Of a stretch of 56,665 bases of DNA, positions 29,266 through 37,509 are shown one piece after another; position 1 is the first letter of the stretch; every line of letters starts with the position of its first letter. The translations under genes were made by a program, and so were the position numbers. Location: positions 1-56,665 of the forward strand of contig CAZXER010000009.1 of assembly GCA_964639975.1 (NCBI GenBank), read 5' to 3'. The notes beneath the pieces are model-generated. The model did no database searches. It was not told the origin of the DNA and worked only from the letters and a program-made list of their open reading frames with translations. The stretch is from an uncultured Halobacteriales archaeon. Its GTDB lineage: Archaea; Halobacteriota; Halobacteria; Halobacteriales; SKSH01.

Positions 29266-29273
29266 AATTAACA
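29266..29273 (-). promoter_or_regulatory. TATA box of mmcA
   Basis: TGTTAATT at -32..-25 from ATG 29241. Confidence 0.55.
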
Positions 29274-29290
29274 GTTCTCCTCGAGATGGG

Positions 29291-30094
29291 TCAGTAGTGT
29301 CCCATCACGCCGGCCCGTCGAGACCACCGTTGACACCATCTGAAGACGAGAAAGCCGACGACGAGGTAGCCGACCCCGGTGATGACGAGCACGAGGAGCT
29401 CCTCGGTGGGCAGCTCCCACAGCGACAGCCCCTCGGCCATCGTCGACTGGAGCATGGCGCTTCCCTGTGCCAGGGGCAGCCACCGGGCGAAGGGGACATC
29501 GCTGATAGGCGCTGCGATCAGCCCGATGAGGACGAACTGGACGATCTGGAAGACGTTCTCGATGCGCTTGAACCGGACGGCGACGCCGCCGAGGGCGAAT
29601 CCGATCCCGATCGCGGGTGCGACCGCGAGCGAGAGGAGTGGCACGACGGTTATCGGATCGATGTGGACCATCTGACCGGTCGTCAGCACCATCAGAACCA
29701 GGATACTGGCTCCCCAGAGGAAGGATTCCACCACCCGGACGATGGTGTTGATCCCCATCACGCGCTCGAAGCCGAAGGGCGACATGTACAGCTGTTCGAG
29801 GGTCCCCCATTGTGCCTCCCTGGTGACGTTCCAGGACAGCCCAGAGAACGCCGTCATGGCCACCGTCCAGAGGAGGTACCCGACGATGATGCCCGCCAGC
29901 GAATCGGTGATCGTCGCGGGCGCGACCGCCTGCCCGCCGAGGAAGATGACGAGGAACAGCAGGTAGAACGTGATGAACTGTGACAGAGTGTTCACCGGGT
30001 AGCGAATCAGCAGCAGCACCCGTTTTCTAGCCGCTGCCATCGCGAACCGGGCACTCCCTCGAACGCCTGTCTCAGCTGCGATCGCTGTCGTCAC
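29291..30094 (-). CDS. ABC-2 type permease
   Basis: 6 TM helices, LIRYPVNT, EAQWGTLEQLYMSP, WCQRWSRRAGVMGHY. Confidence 0.85.
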   Translation of the reverse strand: MTTAIAAETGVRGSARFAMAAARKRVLLLIRYPVNTLSQFITFYLLFLVIFLGGQAVAPATITDSLAGIIVGYLLWTVAMTAFSGLSWNVTREAQWGTLEQLYMSPFGFERVMGINTIVRVVESFLWGASILVLMVLTTGQMVHIDPITVVPLLSLAVAPAIGIGFALGGVAVRFKRIENVFQIVQFVLIGLIAAPISDVPFARWLPLAQGSAMLQSTMAEGLSLWELPTEELLVLVITGVGYLVVGFLVFRWCQRWSRRAGVMGHY

Positions 30095-31095
30095 AACCGG
30101 TCACCTCCGACGGACGTGTCGATCGCTCGGTGGGCTCCAGCGTCGTCAGGCGCTCCGTTGTTCGTCACCTCAAGGAACACGTCCTCGAGGTCCGGATCGA
30201 GACTCTCGATGTTGTCGAGAGGACACCCTGCCGTGGCCAGTTCGTCGAGCAGATCGTAGATAGACGCACCATCCTCGATGGTAACCTCGAAGCTCGTGCG
30301 TTCCTCGGTGATCGCCCAGTCATCCGTGAGGAAGTCCTCGTCGATCGATGTCTTGAGCCCCTTTGGTATCGCCCCCTTGATGGCGATGCGGTACGCGCGG
30401 GTGCGAAAGAGGTCGACGAGGTCGTCCACCGACTTGTCGGTGAGGATGGATCCGTCGTTGAGGATCACGACCCGATCGCACACATCCTCCACCACGTCCA
30501 TGTCGTGACTCGAGAGGATCACGGTGATCGATTCGTCTGCCACGAGGCGCCTGATCTCTCGTCTGAGGTCCACCGAGGCCTCGACATCGAGGCCGAGGGT
30601 CGGTTCGTCGAGGAAGACCACCTCGGTCCCACGAACGAGCGTGCACGCGAGCGAGACCTTTTGTTTCTGTCCGCGTGAGAGCTCGTTGACTTCGACGTCG
30701 GCCTTCTTGAGCAACCCGAACCGATCGAGGAGGTCATCGTGTTGTGATTGGTCGACAGCGCGCCCCGCGAGCGCGGCGAAGTACGCGAGGTTCTCGCGCA
30801 CGGTCAGTCGCCAGTAGACGTTCCGTGCGCCCTCGAGCATCGCCCCGACATGGCGGTAGGTTCGCTTCGGATCGGCGTGGACATCGACGCCGGCCACGTT
30901 GACACGACCCTCGGTCGGGATGACCACCCCGAGAATGGACTTGATGAGCGTCGTCTTGCCGGCCCCGTTGGGCCCGAGGATACCGACGACCTCGCCTCGG
31001 TCGACGCTGAACGAGACGTCATCGACCGCTGTGAGGTCATCATATCGTTTGGTCAACCCGTCGACGGTGAGGATCGAATCCGGTGATGCTTCCAT
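30091..31095 (-). CDS. ABC exporter ATP-binding protein
   Basis: GPNGAGKTT, LSRGQKQK, VFLDEPTLGLD, SSHDM. Start moved to MEASPDS. Confidence 0.93.
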   Translation of the reverse strand: MEASPDSILTVDGLTKRYDDLTAVDDVSFSVDRGEVVGILGPNGAGKTTLIKSILGVVIPTEGRVNVAGVDVHADPKRTYRHVGAMLEGARNVYWRLTVRENLAYFAALAGRAVDQSQHDDLLDRFGLLKKADVEVNELSRGQKQKVSLACTLVRGTEVVFLDEPTLGLDVEASVDLRREIRRLVADESITVILSSHDMDVVEDVCDRVVILNDGSILTDKSVDDLVDLFRTRAYRIAIKGAIPKGLKTSIDEDFLTDDWAITEERTSFEVTIEDGASIYDLLDELATAGCPLDNIESLDPDLEDVFLEVTNNGAPDDAGAHRAIDTSVGGDRL

Positions 31096-31121
31096 ACGAC
31101 TACGGCAGGACGGGACACCCC

Positions 31122-31214
31122 ATAAATATAAGCAGAACGACATTTCTGTCAGCTACCTTCCCGAAGGTACGTTCTGTAACCTGTCTTATGGGTCGGAACC
31201 GACACACGCTTTTG
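31122..31214. promoter_or_regulatory. Divergent promoter/operator region between ABC exporter and Cys-rich regulator
   Basis: Minus TTATATTTAT (31131..31122), plus CTTTTG (31209-31214), inverted repeats CAGAA-N6-TTCTG, TACCTTC-CC-GAAGGTA, GTCGG-AA-CCGAC. Confidence 0.6.
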
Positions 31215-31236
31215 GGCGGCCACCCAGCGGTCGCCT

Positions 31237-32154
31237 ATGCAGTCGGGAAGAACCTCGGGACCGGTCGACCCGATTGAGGCGATGTCCGTCTTCCGGAAGC
31301 TGGCGGATGCGACCCGTATCTCTATCATCGTGGCCCTCGCAGAGCATCAGCGTTCGGAGGGCGGTCCCCTCGGATTCAGCGAGCTCAGACGGCTGGCGGA
31401 GGTCGACGATTCGGGGCGCTTCAACTACCACCTCAACGAACTCGTCCCCCGCTTTATCGCACAGACGGAGGAGGGGTATCGCCTGCGAGATGCAGGGCGT
31501 CAAGCGTATGCGCTGATCGCCGCCGGTACTGGCACGGACGAAGCAGTCGAATTCACTGAGGAGACCGACATCACCTGCCTCATCTGTACCGAGACACTCA
31601 CGGCCGTATACGAGCACGACCGCCTTCACCTCAGATGCCCCGAGCACGAGGACGTTGCGGCGTTGCCCATTCCGCCGACGGTCGTTGCCGAGCGCGATTT
31701 CGACGACCTCCTCGATGTCGTCGACGCCACTGCCCGGTCTCAGTTCGAGTTCTCGCGGACACTGGTCTGCCCCGAGTGCTGGGGGGCCATGACCGTCGAG
31801 ATGGAGTCTCCGGATGAGCCTGATACTGAGGCAGTGTCGGCGCCGATGATCACCTTGGAGTACCGCTGTGACAATTGCTCACACAACGCGATATTCCCGC
31901 TACGCTATCTCCTCGCAGATGTGCCTGCGGTGGTCGCGTTCCACCACGAACACGGGATCGATATCACCCGGGTGAATTTCATGGAGATAGACGATCGACT
32001 CCGGGTTGCGGACACCGCATTCGAGGACGGGTCTGCCCGGGTGGCATTCGCGTTCGATGACGACGTGCTCGTCGTCACGGTCGACGACACGACGGCGGTC
32101 GTCTCCACAGAGCGCCGCCAGTCGCTCCCGTCCTGGGCTGCGGACCTCACTTGA
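31237..32154 (+). CDS. ArsR-like winged-helix regulator with Cys-rich (zinc-ribbon) C-terminal domain
   Basis: LADATRISII...FSELRRLAEVDDSGRFNYHLNELV, Cys pairs CLIC, CPEH, CPEC, CDNC. Confidence 0.82.
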   Translation: MQSGRTSGPVDPIEAMSVFRKLADATRISIIVALAEHQRSEGGPLGFSELRRLAEVDDSGRFNYHLNELVPRFIAQTEEGYRLRDAGRQAYALIAAGTGTDEAVEFTEETDITCLICTETLTAVYEHDRLHLRCPEHEDVAALPIPPTVVAERDFDDLLDVVDATARSQFEFSRTLVCPECWGAMTVEMESPDEPDTEAVSAPMITLEYRCDNCSHNAIFPLRYLLADVPAVVAFHHEHGIDITRVNFMEIDDRLRVADTAFEDGSARVAFAFDDDVLVVTVDDTTAVVSTERRQSLPSWAADLT

Positions 32155-32938
32155 GGCGTTCAGTCCGCTCGATAAGCGGGTGTCTGGCGTAGTCGACGAC
32201 CTCGATATCGTCGACCGACTTGAGGCCCTCTTGTCGAGCAGTTCGTTCCATGCCGAGCTCGATGTCGGGATCCTCGACGACGATGACGTACGCCTCGAGC
32301 TCGTCGATGCCGAGTCGTTTCGCGGCAAGGACTCGATGGTGCCCATCGGCGAGGAGCAATCGGCCGTTGACGTCGATGACGACCAGCGGCTCTGCGAGTC
32401 CCCGTTCCATCTCGTACTGGCGTCCCTCGAGCTCGTCGGCGTAGACGCGCTTCTGTGTGGGGACGAGCGCCTTGATCGATACCATCCGGCGCTCGTCGGT
32501 GAACTCAAGCTCGTGGATCCGCTCGAGGGTCTGCTTCAGTTTCCCGACCTTCTCAGGCGTCACCCGTTCGATCTGGCTGCGGATGACATCGGCGTTAGAG
32601 ATGATGCCCACCAGGTTGTTCGCATCATCGACGACGGGGAGCTTTTGGATCCCCGAGCGGAGGATCACCCGGGCTGCATCGGTGACGCGCATCTCGGGGT
32701 GGGCCACCACGAGGTCGGTGGCCATCACCTTGAAGATCGGATCCTCCTCGTTCGCCAACAACAGGTCGCGAGCGGAGACGAACCCCTTCACCTGGCGTCG
32801 TTCAGTGACCGGGAAGCCGTTGTGGCCATCGCTTTCAGCGATCCGCTGGGCCACGTCGATGACCAGATCGTCAGGGGAGACCGTCAGCACGTCCTGGGTC
32901 ATGTAATCCTTGACTAAGGCCCGGTCCCGGTCGCTCAT
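32147..32938 (-). CDS. Tandem CBS pair fused to ParB/sulfiredoxin-like domain
   Basis: VKDYMTQDV..HNGFPV (CBS1), KVMATDL..IQKLPVVD (CBS2), PTQ...EPLVV...LLADGHHRVLAA (ParB/Srx). Start moved to MSDRDR. Confidence 0.85.
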   Translation of the reverse strand: MSDRDRALVKDYMTQDVLTVSPDDLVIDVAQRIAESDGHNGFPVTERRQVKGFVSARDLLLANEEDPIFKVMATDLVVAHPEMRVTDAARVILRSGIQKLPVVDDANNLVGIISNADVIRSQIERVTPEKVGKLKQTLERIHELEFTDERRMVSIKALVPTQKRVYADELEGRQYEMERGLAEPLVVIDVNGRLLLADGHHRVLAAKRLGIDELEAYVIVVEDPDIELGMERTARQEGLKSVDDIEVVDYARHPLIERTERLK

Positions 32939-32987
32939 GACGTTTGGCTGAGACGACCCCCGTGAGTAAAAGAACCTCGGCCTGCCC

Positions 32988-34424
32988 TCAGTCGATCGCT
33001 GCCTCGTGGATGTGATAGCCAGAGGGCAACGGCCGCGTGGCGACCTCGATCCCTTCGAGGAAGCGATCGGCGATAATGTCTGCAATGTCAGCGTCGACGT
33101 CATCCGTCCCAGGGTGTCTGAGCATCCCCATCGGGATCTGTGCCCCGGCCATGTCCTCGTGACCGCCGGCATCGCCGATCTGCCCGAACGCGAGTCGAAT
33201 GGCATCGCCGACGTCGAGGGTGTCGCTGTTGCTCCGGGTCGATGCGTACACCATCTCGTCCATGTGACCGTAGATCAAGACGGTCGAGACGTCGGCCATG
33301 AGAAGCAGCTCGTCAGCGGCCTGTGAGAGGGCATCCCGGTCGGTGATCTGTCCAGTCCCCGCGATGAGGATGTCGTCATAGCGTTCGCGATGAGCGATCG
33401 CGGCACCGATCGTATCGAGGGTCTGTGCCGTCATCTGCGGAGATTCGATACGACCGAGGAGCTCCGTATCGACCCACTGACGGAGCCATGCGGCTCGATC
33501 GAAATCGAGCTTGGATACCCCGCGATGGAAGCCATCCGTATCGACATGGATGCCATACCAGAGGGCTGATGCCAGGGTCGAATCGGGTTCGATGAACGTC
33601 CGAAAGAGGTGGTCGGCGAGAAGCGTACTCGTCGCACCGACATCGTGTCGTCGGTCTACGAACCCGGCGTCTGCTTCCTCTCTGGCGGGATGGTGGTCGA
33701 TGATGATATCGACCGATGTGGTCGGCGACAACTGATCGTTGATTCCCGGATGGGCGTGGTCGACGAGCACGATCGACCCATACTCTTCGATGTCCTCCGG
33801 TGTGTCGTACTCCTTGAGATCGAGCTCCAGTAGGTTGACGAAGGCGCGGTTCTCCTGGTGGGTGATCTCCCCACCGTACAGTGGGGTCCCCTCCTTACCG
33901 ACCGTGTCGGCCAGCTTCACCATCCCACATGCGGCGGCGATGGCGTCTGGATCCGGGTTGTCGTGCATCACGATCGCGATGGGTGATTCGAGCGTCGACA
34001 GCGTGCGAAGCAGCTGCAACGACCGGAGGAACGCGTCTGGGAGGACCGCCTCGGCGATATCACGGGCCTGGAGCCGTGCGACATCGAGGTGGAGTGCGGC
34101 TCGGTCTGCCGCCTCCGGCCAGTCCCCCTCTGAGAGCGCGATCCGATAGGTGTCGGGAAACGCGGTGGCACCCACGCGAAGACGGGAGTCTCGGTGCTTC
34201 ATCTCATCGCCAGTGATGAGCACGATATCGGGTGGCGGGACGGTACTGGCGATCGCAGCAGCATCGGTCGTATCGACCTGAGAGGCCGCAATCCCCTCAT
34301 CTCGGAGTCGCTCCGCAGCAACCTCCTCATCGACCAGAACATACAGCTCTCCCGGCCAGGTGGCCAGTTCACGGGCAAATCGCCGCCCAAGGGGACCGCC
34401 CCCGAGTACCACCCGGACGACCAT
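32988..34424 (-). CDS. DHH/DHHA1 phosphoesterase with N-terminal TrkA_N (RCK_N)-like Rossmann domain
   Basis: VLGGGPLG, HDNPDPDAIA, LVDH, IIDHH, GIHVDT, DAGGHEDMAGAQ. Confidence 0.88.
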   Translation of the reverse strand: MVVRVVLGGGPLGRRFARELATWPGELYVLVDEEVAAERLRDEGIAASQVDTTDAAAIASTVPPPDIVLITGDEMKHRDSRLRVGATAFPDTYRIALSEGDWPEAADRAALHLDVARLQARDIAEAVLPDAFLRSLQLLRTLSTLESPIAIVMHDNPDPDAIAAACGMVKLADTVGKEGTPLYGGEITHQENRAFVNLLELDLKEYDTPEDIEEYGSIVLVDHAHPGINDQLSPTTSVDIIIDHHPAREEADAGFVDRRHDVGATSTLLADHLFRTFIEPDSTLASALWYGIHVDTDGFHRGVSKLDFDRAAWLRQWVDTELLGRIESPQMTAQTLDTIGAAIAHRERYDDILIAGTGQITDRDALSQAADELLLMADVSTVLIYGHMDEMVYASTRSNSDTLDVGDAIRLAFGQIGDAGGHEDMAGAQIPMGMLRHPGTDDVDADIADIIADRFLEGIEVATRPLPSGYHIHEAAID

Positions 34425-34470
34425 ACCTCACCACCTCGGTATTGTTGGCGGGTAAAGCTTACCGTCCGGC

Positions 34471-35973
34471 TCAACCCAGCAGCGTCTGTGCCGCGCCGAT
34501 GGCCGTCTCGGCGATCGGCCCGAACGCCGGCAACGCGGCGACCGTCACGATGGTCGCCACGAGCAACATCGCGTACAGTGCGATCGGATAGGAATCGATG
34601 CGTGACGTCGCATCAGTCGGTTCCTCGATCCACATGGCCTTGACGACCCGCGAGTAGTAATACAGCGAGAGCACGCTATTGAGCGCCCCTGCAGCGGCGA
34701 GCCACCAGAAGCCCGCACTGACCGCACCTGCGAAGAGGACGTACTTGGTCAGGAAGCCACCACCGATGGGCAGTCCCGCGAGATTGAACAGCAAGATCGT
34801 CATCGCAACGGCGGCGACTGGCGCCTGTTTGGCGAGTCCGTTGAAGTCCGAGAAGCGACGACCGAGGTCCCAGTACTCGCTCATCGCGATGAACAGGAAG
34901 GCGCCGGTGTTCATGAACCCGTAGACGAACAGGTGCATCATCCCCGCCCCGAGGACGAGGTCGTTGTACGCCCCGCCGGTCGTCAACGCCGCGAGCGCGA
35001 TCAGGACGTATCCGGCGTGGCCGATCGACGAGTACGCCAGCATCCGCTTGACCTCGCTTTGGGTCGCCGCAGCGACGTTTCCGACGGTCATCGTCACGAT
35101 CGCCAGCACCTGGAAGATGAGCACCCAGTCGATGCCGAGATCGACCAGCACGTCGAGTGGGAACGCCTCGACGAAGATGCGGAAGGCGATGACGAATCCG
35201 GCCGCCTTCGATGCCGAGGAGATGAAGCCACTGATGGGAGCCGGTGCACCAGTGTACGCCTCCGGTGCCCAGAAGTGGAACGGCACGGCAGCGGTCTTGA
35301 ACGCCACGCCGCCGGTGAGCATCAACAGGCCGATCCCGAGCAAGCCGGTGTTCTCGCCGGTGATGCCAGCGGCGACCGCATCGAGCTGGAGCGAGCCCGT
35401 CACGCCGTAGATGAGGCTGATCCCGAACACCATGATCGAGCTTGAGAGCGCCCCGATCAGGAAGTACTTCAGCGACCCCTCGACGCTCCCACGGTTTCGC
35501 TTGAGGAAGCCGACCAGGACGTAGGAGGGCAGGCTGGCCAGCTCGAGGGCGATGAAGATGGTGACGAGGCTGTTCGCCATCGCCATCGTCGCCATCCCGG
35601 TCGTCGCCAGCAGGACGAGCGAGTAGTACTCCCCACGGTGGGCGTGGTCTCCGAGGTAGTCGTAGCTGGCGATCAGGACCATCGCTGCCACGGCCGAGAC
35701 GATGACGGTGAAGAACAGCGCCATCTGGTCGACGACGATCGTCTCCTGGAACAGCTGGATGACACCGCGCTCGTCCGGATCGCCGACACCGGCGACGAGG
35801 AACCATCCGGCCACCAGGAAGGCGACGATCGATCCGAGCGCGGCGGTGGCGGCCAGCAGCAGGTGGTTGACCGGGTCGGGCTTGATGCTGTCGAGCCCGA
35901 AGACGACCAGCGCGGTCACCGCCAGGACGATGACCGGACCGAGTGCGGTCCAGGCTGGAAGATCGCTCACCAT
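34471..35973 (-). CDS. nuoN: Complex I-like subunit NuoN
   Basis: LELASLP, EGSLKYF, FKTAAVPFHFWAPEAY, KRMLAYSSIGHAGY, LAGLP. Confidence 0.95.
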   Translation of the reverse strand: MVSDLPAWTALGPVIVLAVTALVVFGLDSIKPDPVNHLLLAATAALGSIVAFLVAGWFLVAGVGDPDERGVIQLFQETIVVDQMALFFTVIVSAVAAMVLIASYDYLGDHAHRGEYYSLVLLATTGMATMAMANSLVTIFIALELASLPSYVLVGFLKRNRGSVEGSLKYFLIGALSSSIMVFGISLIYGVTGSLQLDAVAAGITGENTGLLGIGLLMLTGGVAFKTAAVPFHFWAPEAYTGAPAPISGFISSASKAAGFVIAFRIFVEAFPLDVLVDLGIDWVLIFQVLAIVTMTVGNVAAATQSEVKRMLAYSSIGHAGYVLIALAALTTGGAYNDLVLGAGMMHLFVYGFMNTGAFLFIAMSEYWDLGRRFSDFNGLAKQAPVAAVAMTILLFNLAGLPIGGGFLTKYVLFAGAVSAGFWWLAAAGALNSVLSLYYYSRVVKAMWIEEPTDATSRIDSYPIALYAMLLVATIVTVAALPAFGPIAETAIGAAQTLLG

Positions 35974-37508
35974 CAGAAGGCACCTCCTGCGGGGATGATC
36001 GGTTCAGTCGCATCGACGATCATGTCGAACGCGATGTCCGGCGCGACTCCCAACAGCACGATGAGCCCCAGTAGCACCACCAATGGTGCGATATCGTGCA
36101 GCGGTGCCATCTCGAGGTCGTAGTCGGTGGCGAGTTCGTACGGACCGAACAGCGTCCGCTGCATCGCCCACAGCAGGTAGCCAGCCACGATGACGATACC
36201 GAACATCGCAGCGGGTGTGACCAGGTGTGAAGCCGGCAGGAACGCCGAGTCGAACGAGCCGAGGAAGATGAAGAACTCACCGGCGAAGCCGGCCATCAGT
36301 GGCAGGCCCATGTACGCGAAGGCGCCCGCGACGAAGGCGGTGACCGTCAGGGGCATCTTACTCGCGATGCCGGACATGTCCGAGACCATCCGGGTGTGCG
36401 TCTGGTTGTAGACCACGCCGACGACCATGAACAACAACCCCGAGATCAAGCCGTGAGCGATCATCTGGAAGGTCGCACCACCCACCCCGTAGACGGTGAA
36501 CGCCAGCAGCCCGATGATGACGTACCCCATCGACGAGACGGACGAGTACGCCACGATCCGCTTGAGATCGGTCTGGGCCAGCGCGAGCAGCGCGCCGTAG
36601 ATGACGCTGATGACCGCGACGACCGCGATGATCTCGGCGAACTCGACGGCCTGCTCGGGAAGCAACGTGAAGTTGAATCGCACCAGCGCGTACGTCCCCA
36701 TCTTCAAGAGCACCCCAGCCAGGAGCACCGACACCGGCGACGGCGCCTCGACGTGGGCGTCTGGCAGCCAGGTGTGGAACGGAACGATGGGGACCTTCAC
36801 CGCGAAGCCGATGAACATGGCCGCGAAGGCGGCCGCCTTCAGCGTCGCCGCGTCGATCCACGGCGCGGCATCGGGTTCGGTGACCTCCAGCGCCAGCGCG
36901 ACGTCGGTGAGATCGAGGGTGTTCACTGCGTCACCGAGGCCGAACACGAGGGCGACGAAGCCGATGAACATCACGAGGCTCGCGAGATTGGTGTACACGA
37001 AGAACTTGATGGCGGCGTACTTGCGCCGCGGGCCGCCCCAGATACCGATCAACAGGTACATCGGGATCAACACGGCCTCCCAGAAGACGAACCAGACGAA
37101 GAAGTCCAGCGCGGCGAAGACCCCGATGAGTGCGGCCTCGAGGAACAGCATGAGGCCGTAGAACTGCGACTGTCGGTCGTCGATCGGCGTCCAGGCGCTG
37201 ACGATCGCCAGCGTCGTCAGGATCGTCGACAGCACCAGCAGGGGCATGCTGATACCATCGAGGCCGACGTGCCAGTTCAGCGTGTACAGATCGCCAAGGG
37301 AGACCCACTCCACCCGGGTCTGGAAGGCGATCTCCGAGCCCATCCTGAGGGCGTTCCCGCTGCCATCGAAGACGGCGAACATGAACAGGCTCACCCCAAG
37401 GGGGATCAGGCTGAGCGCGAACGCCAGGCGACCGGCGACGCGATCGGGTGCGAGGAAGACGATACCAGCGGCGACGAGCGTGAACAGGATCAGCAACTCG
37501 AGCATCAT
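35973..37508 (-). CDS. nuoM: Complex I-like subunit NuoM
   Basis: LDGISMP, FWEAVLIPMY, KVPIVPFHTWLPDAHVEAP, LKMGTY, QMIAHGL. Confidence 0.95.
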   Translation of the reverse strand: MMLELLILFTLVAAGIVFLAPDRVAGRLAFALSLIPLGVSLFMFAVFDGSGNALRMGSEIAFQTRVEWVSLGDLYTLNWHVGLDGISMPLLVLSTILTTLAIVSAWTPIDDRQSQFYGLMLFLEAALIGVFAALDFFVWFVFWEAVLIPMYLLIGIWGGPRRKYAAIKFFVYTNLASLVMFIGFVALVFGLGDAVNTLDLTDVALALEVTEPDAAPWIDAATLKAAAFAAMFIGFAVKVPIVPFHTWLPDAHVEAPSPVSVLLAGVLLKMGTYALVRFNFTLLPEQAVEFAEIIAVVAVISVIYGALLALAQTDLKRIVAYSSVSSMGYVIIGLLAFTVYGVGGATFQMIAHGLISGLLFMVVGVVYNQTHTRMVSDMSGIASKMPLTVTAFVAGAFAYMGLPLMAGFAGEFFIFLGSFDSAFLPASHLVTPAAMFGIVIVAGYLLWAMQRTLFGPYELATDYDLEMAPLHDIAPLVVLLGLIVLLGVAPDIAFDMIVDATEPIIPAGGAF

Positions 37509-37509
37509 G

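Noticed and set aside
32147-32938. ParB-like gene as a chromosome partition system or sign of a plasmid/prophage
   Set aside because: No parA, no HTH or dimerisation domain and no parS-like repeat array. The CBS fusion points to a metabolic or signalling role.
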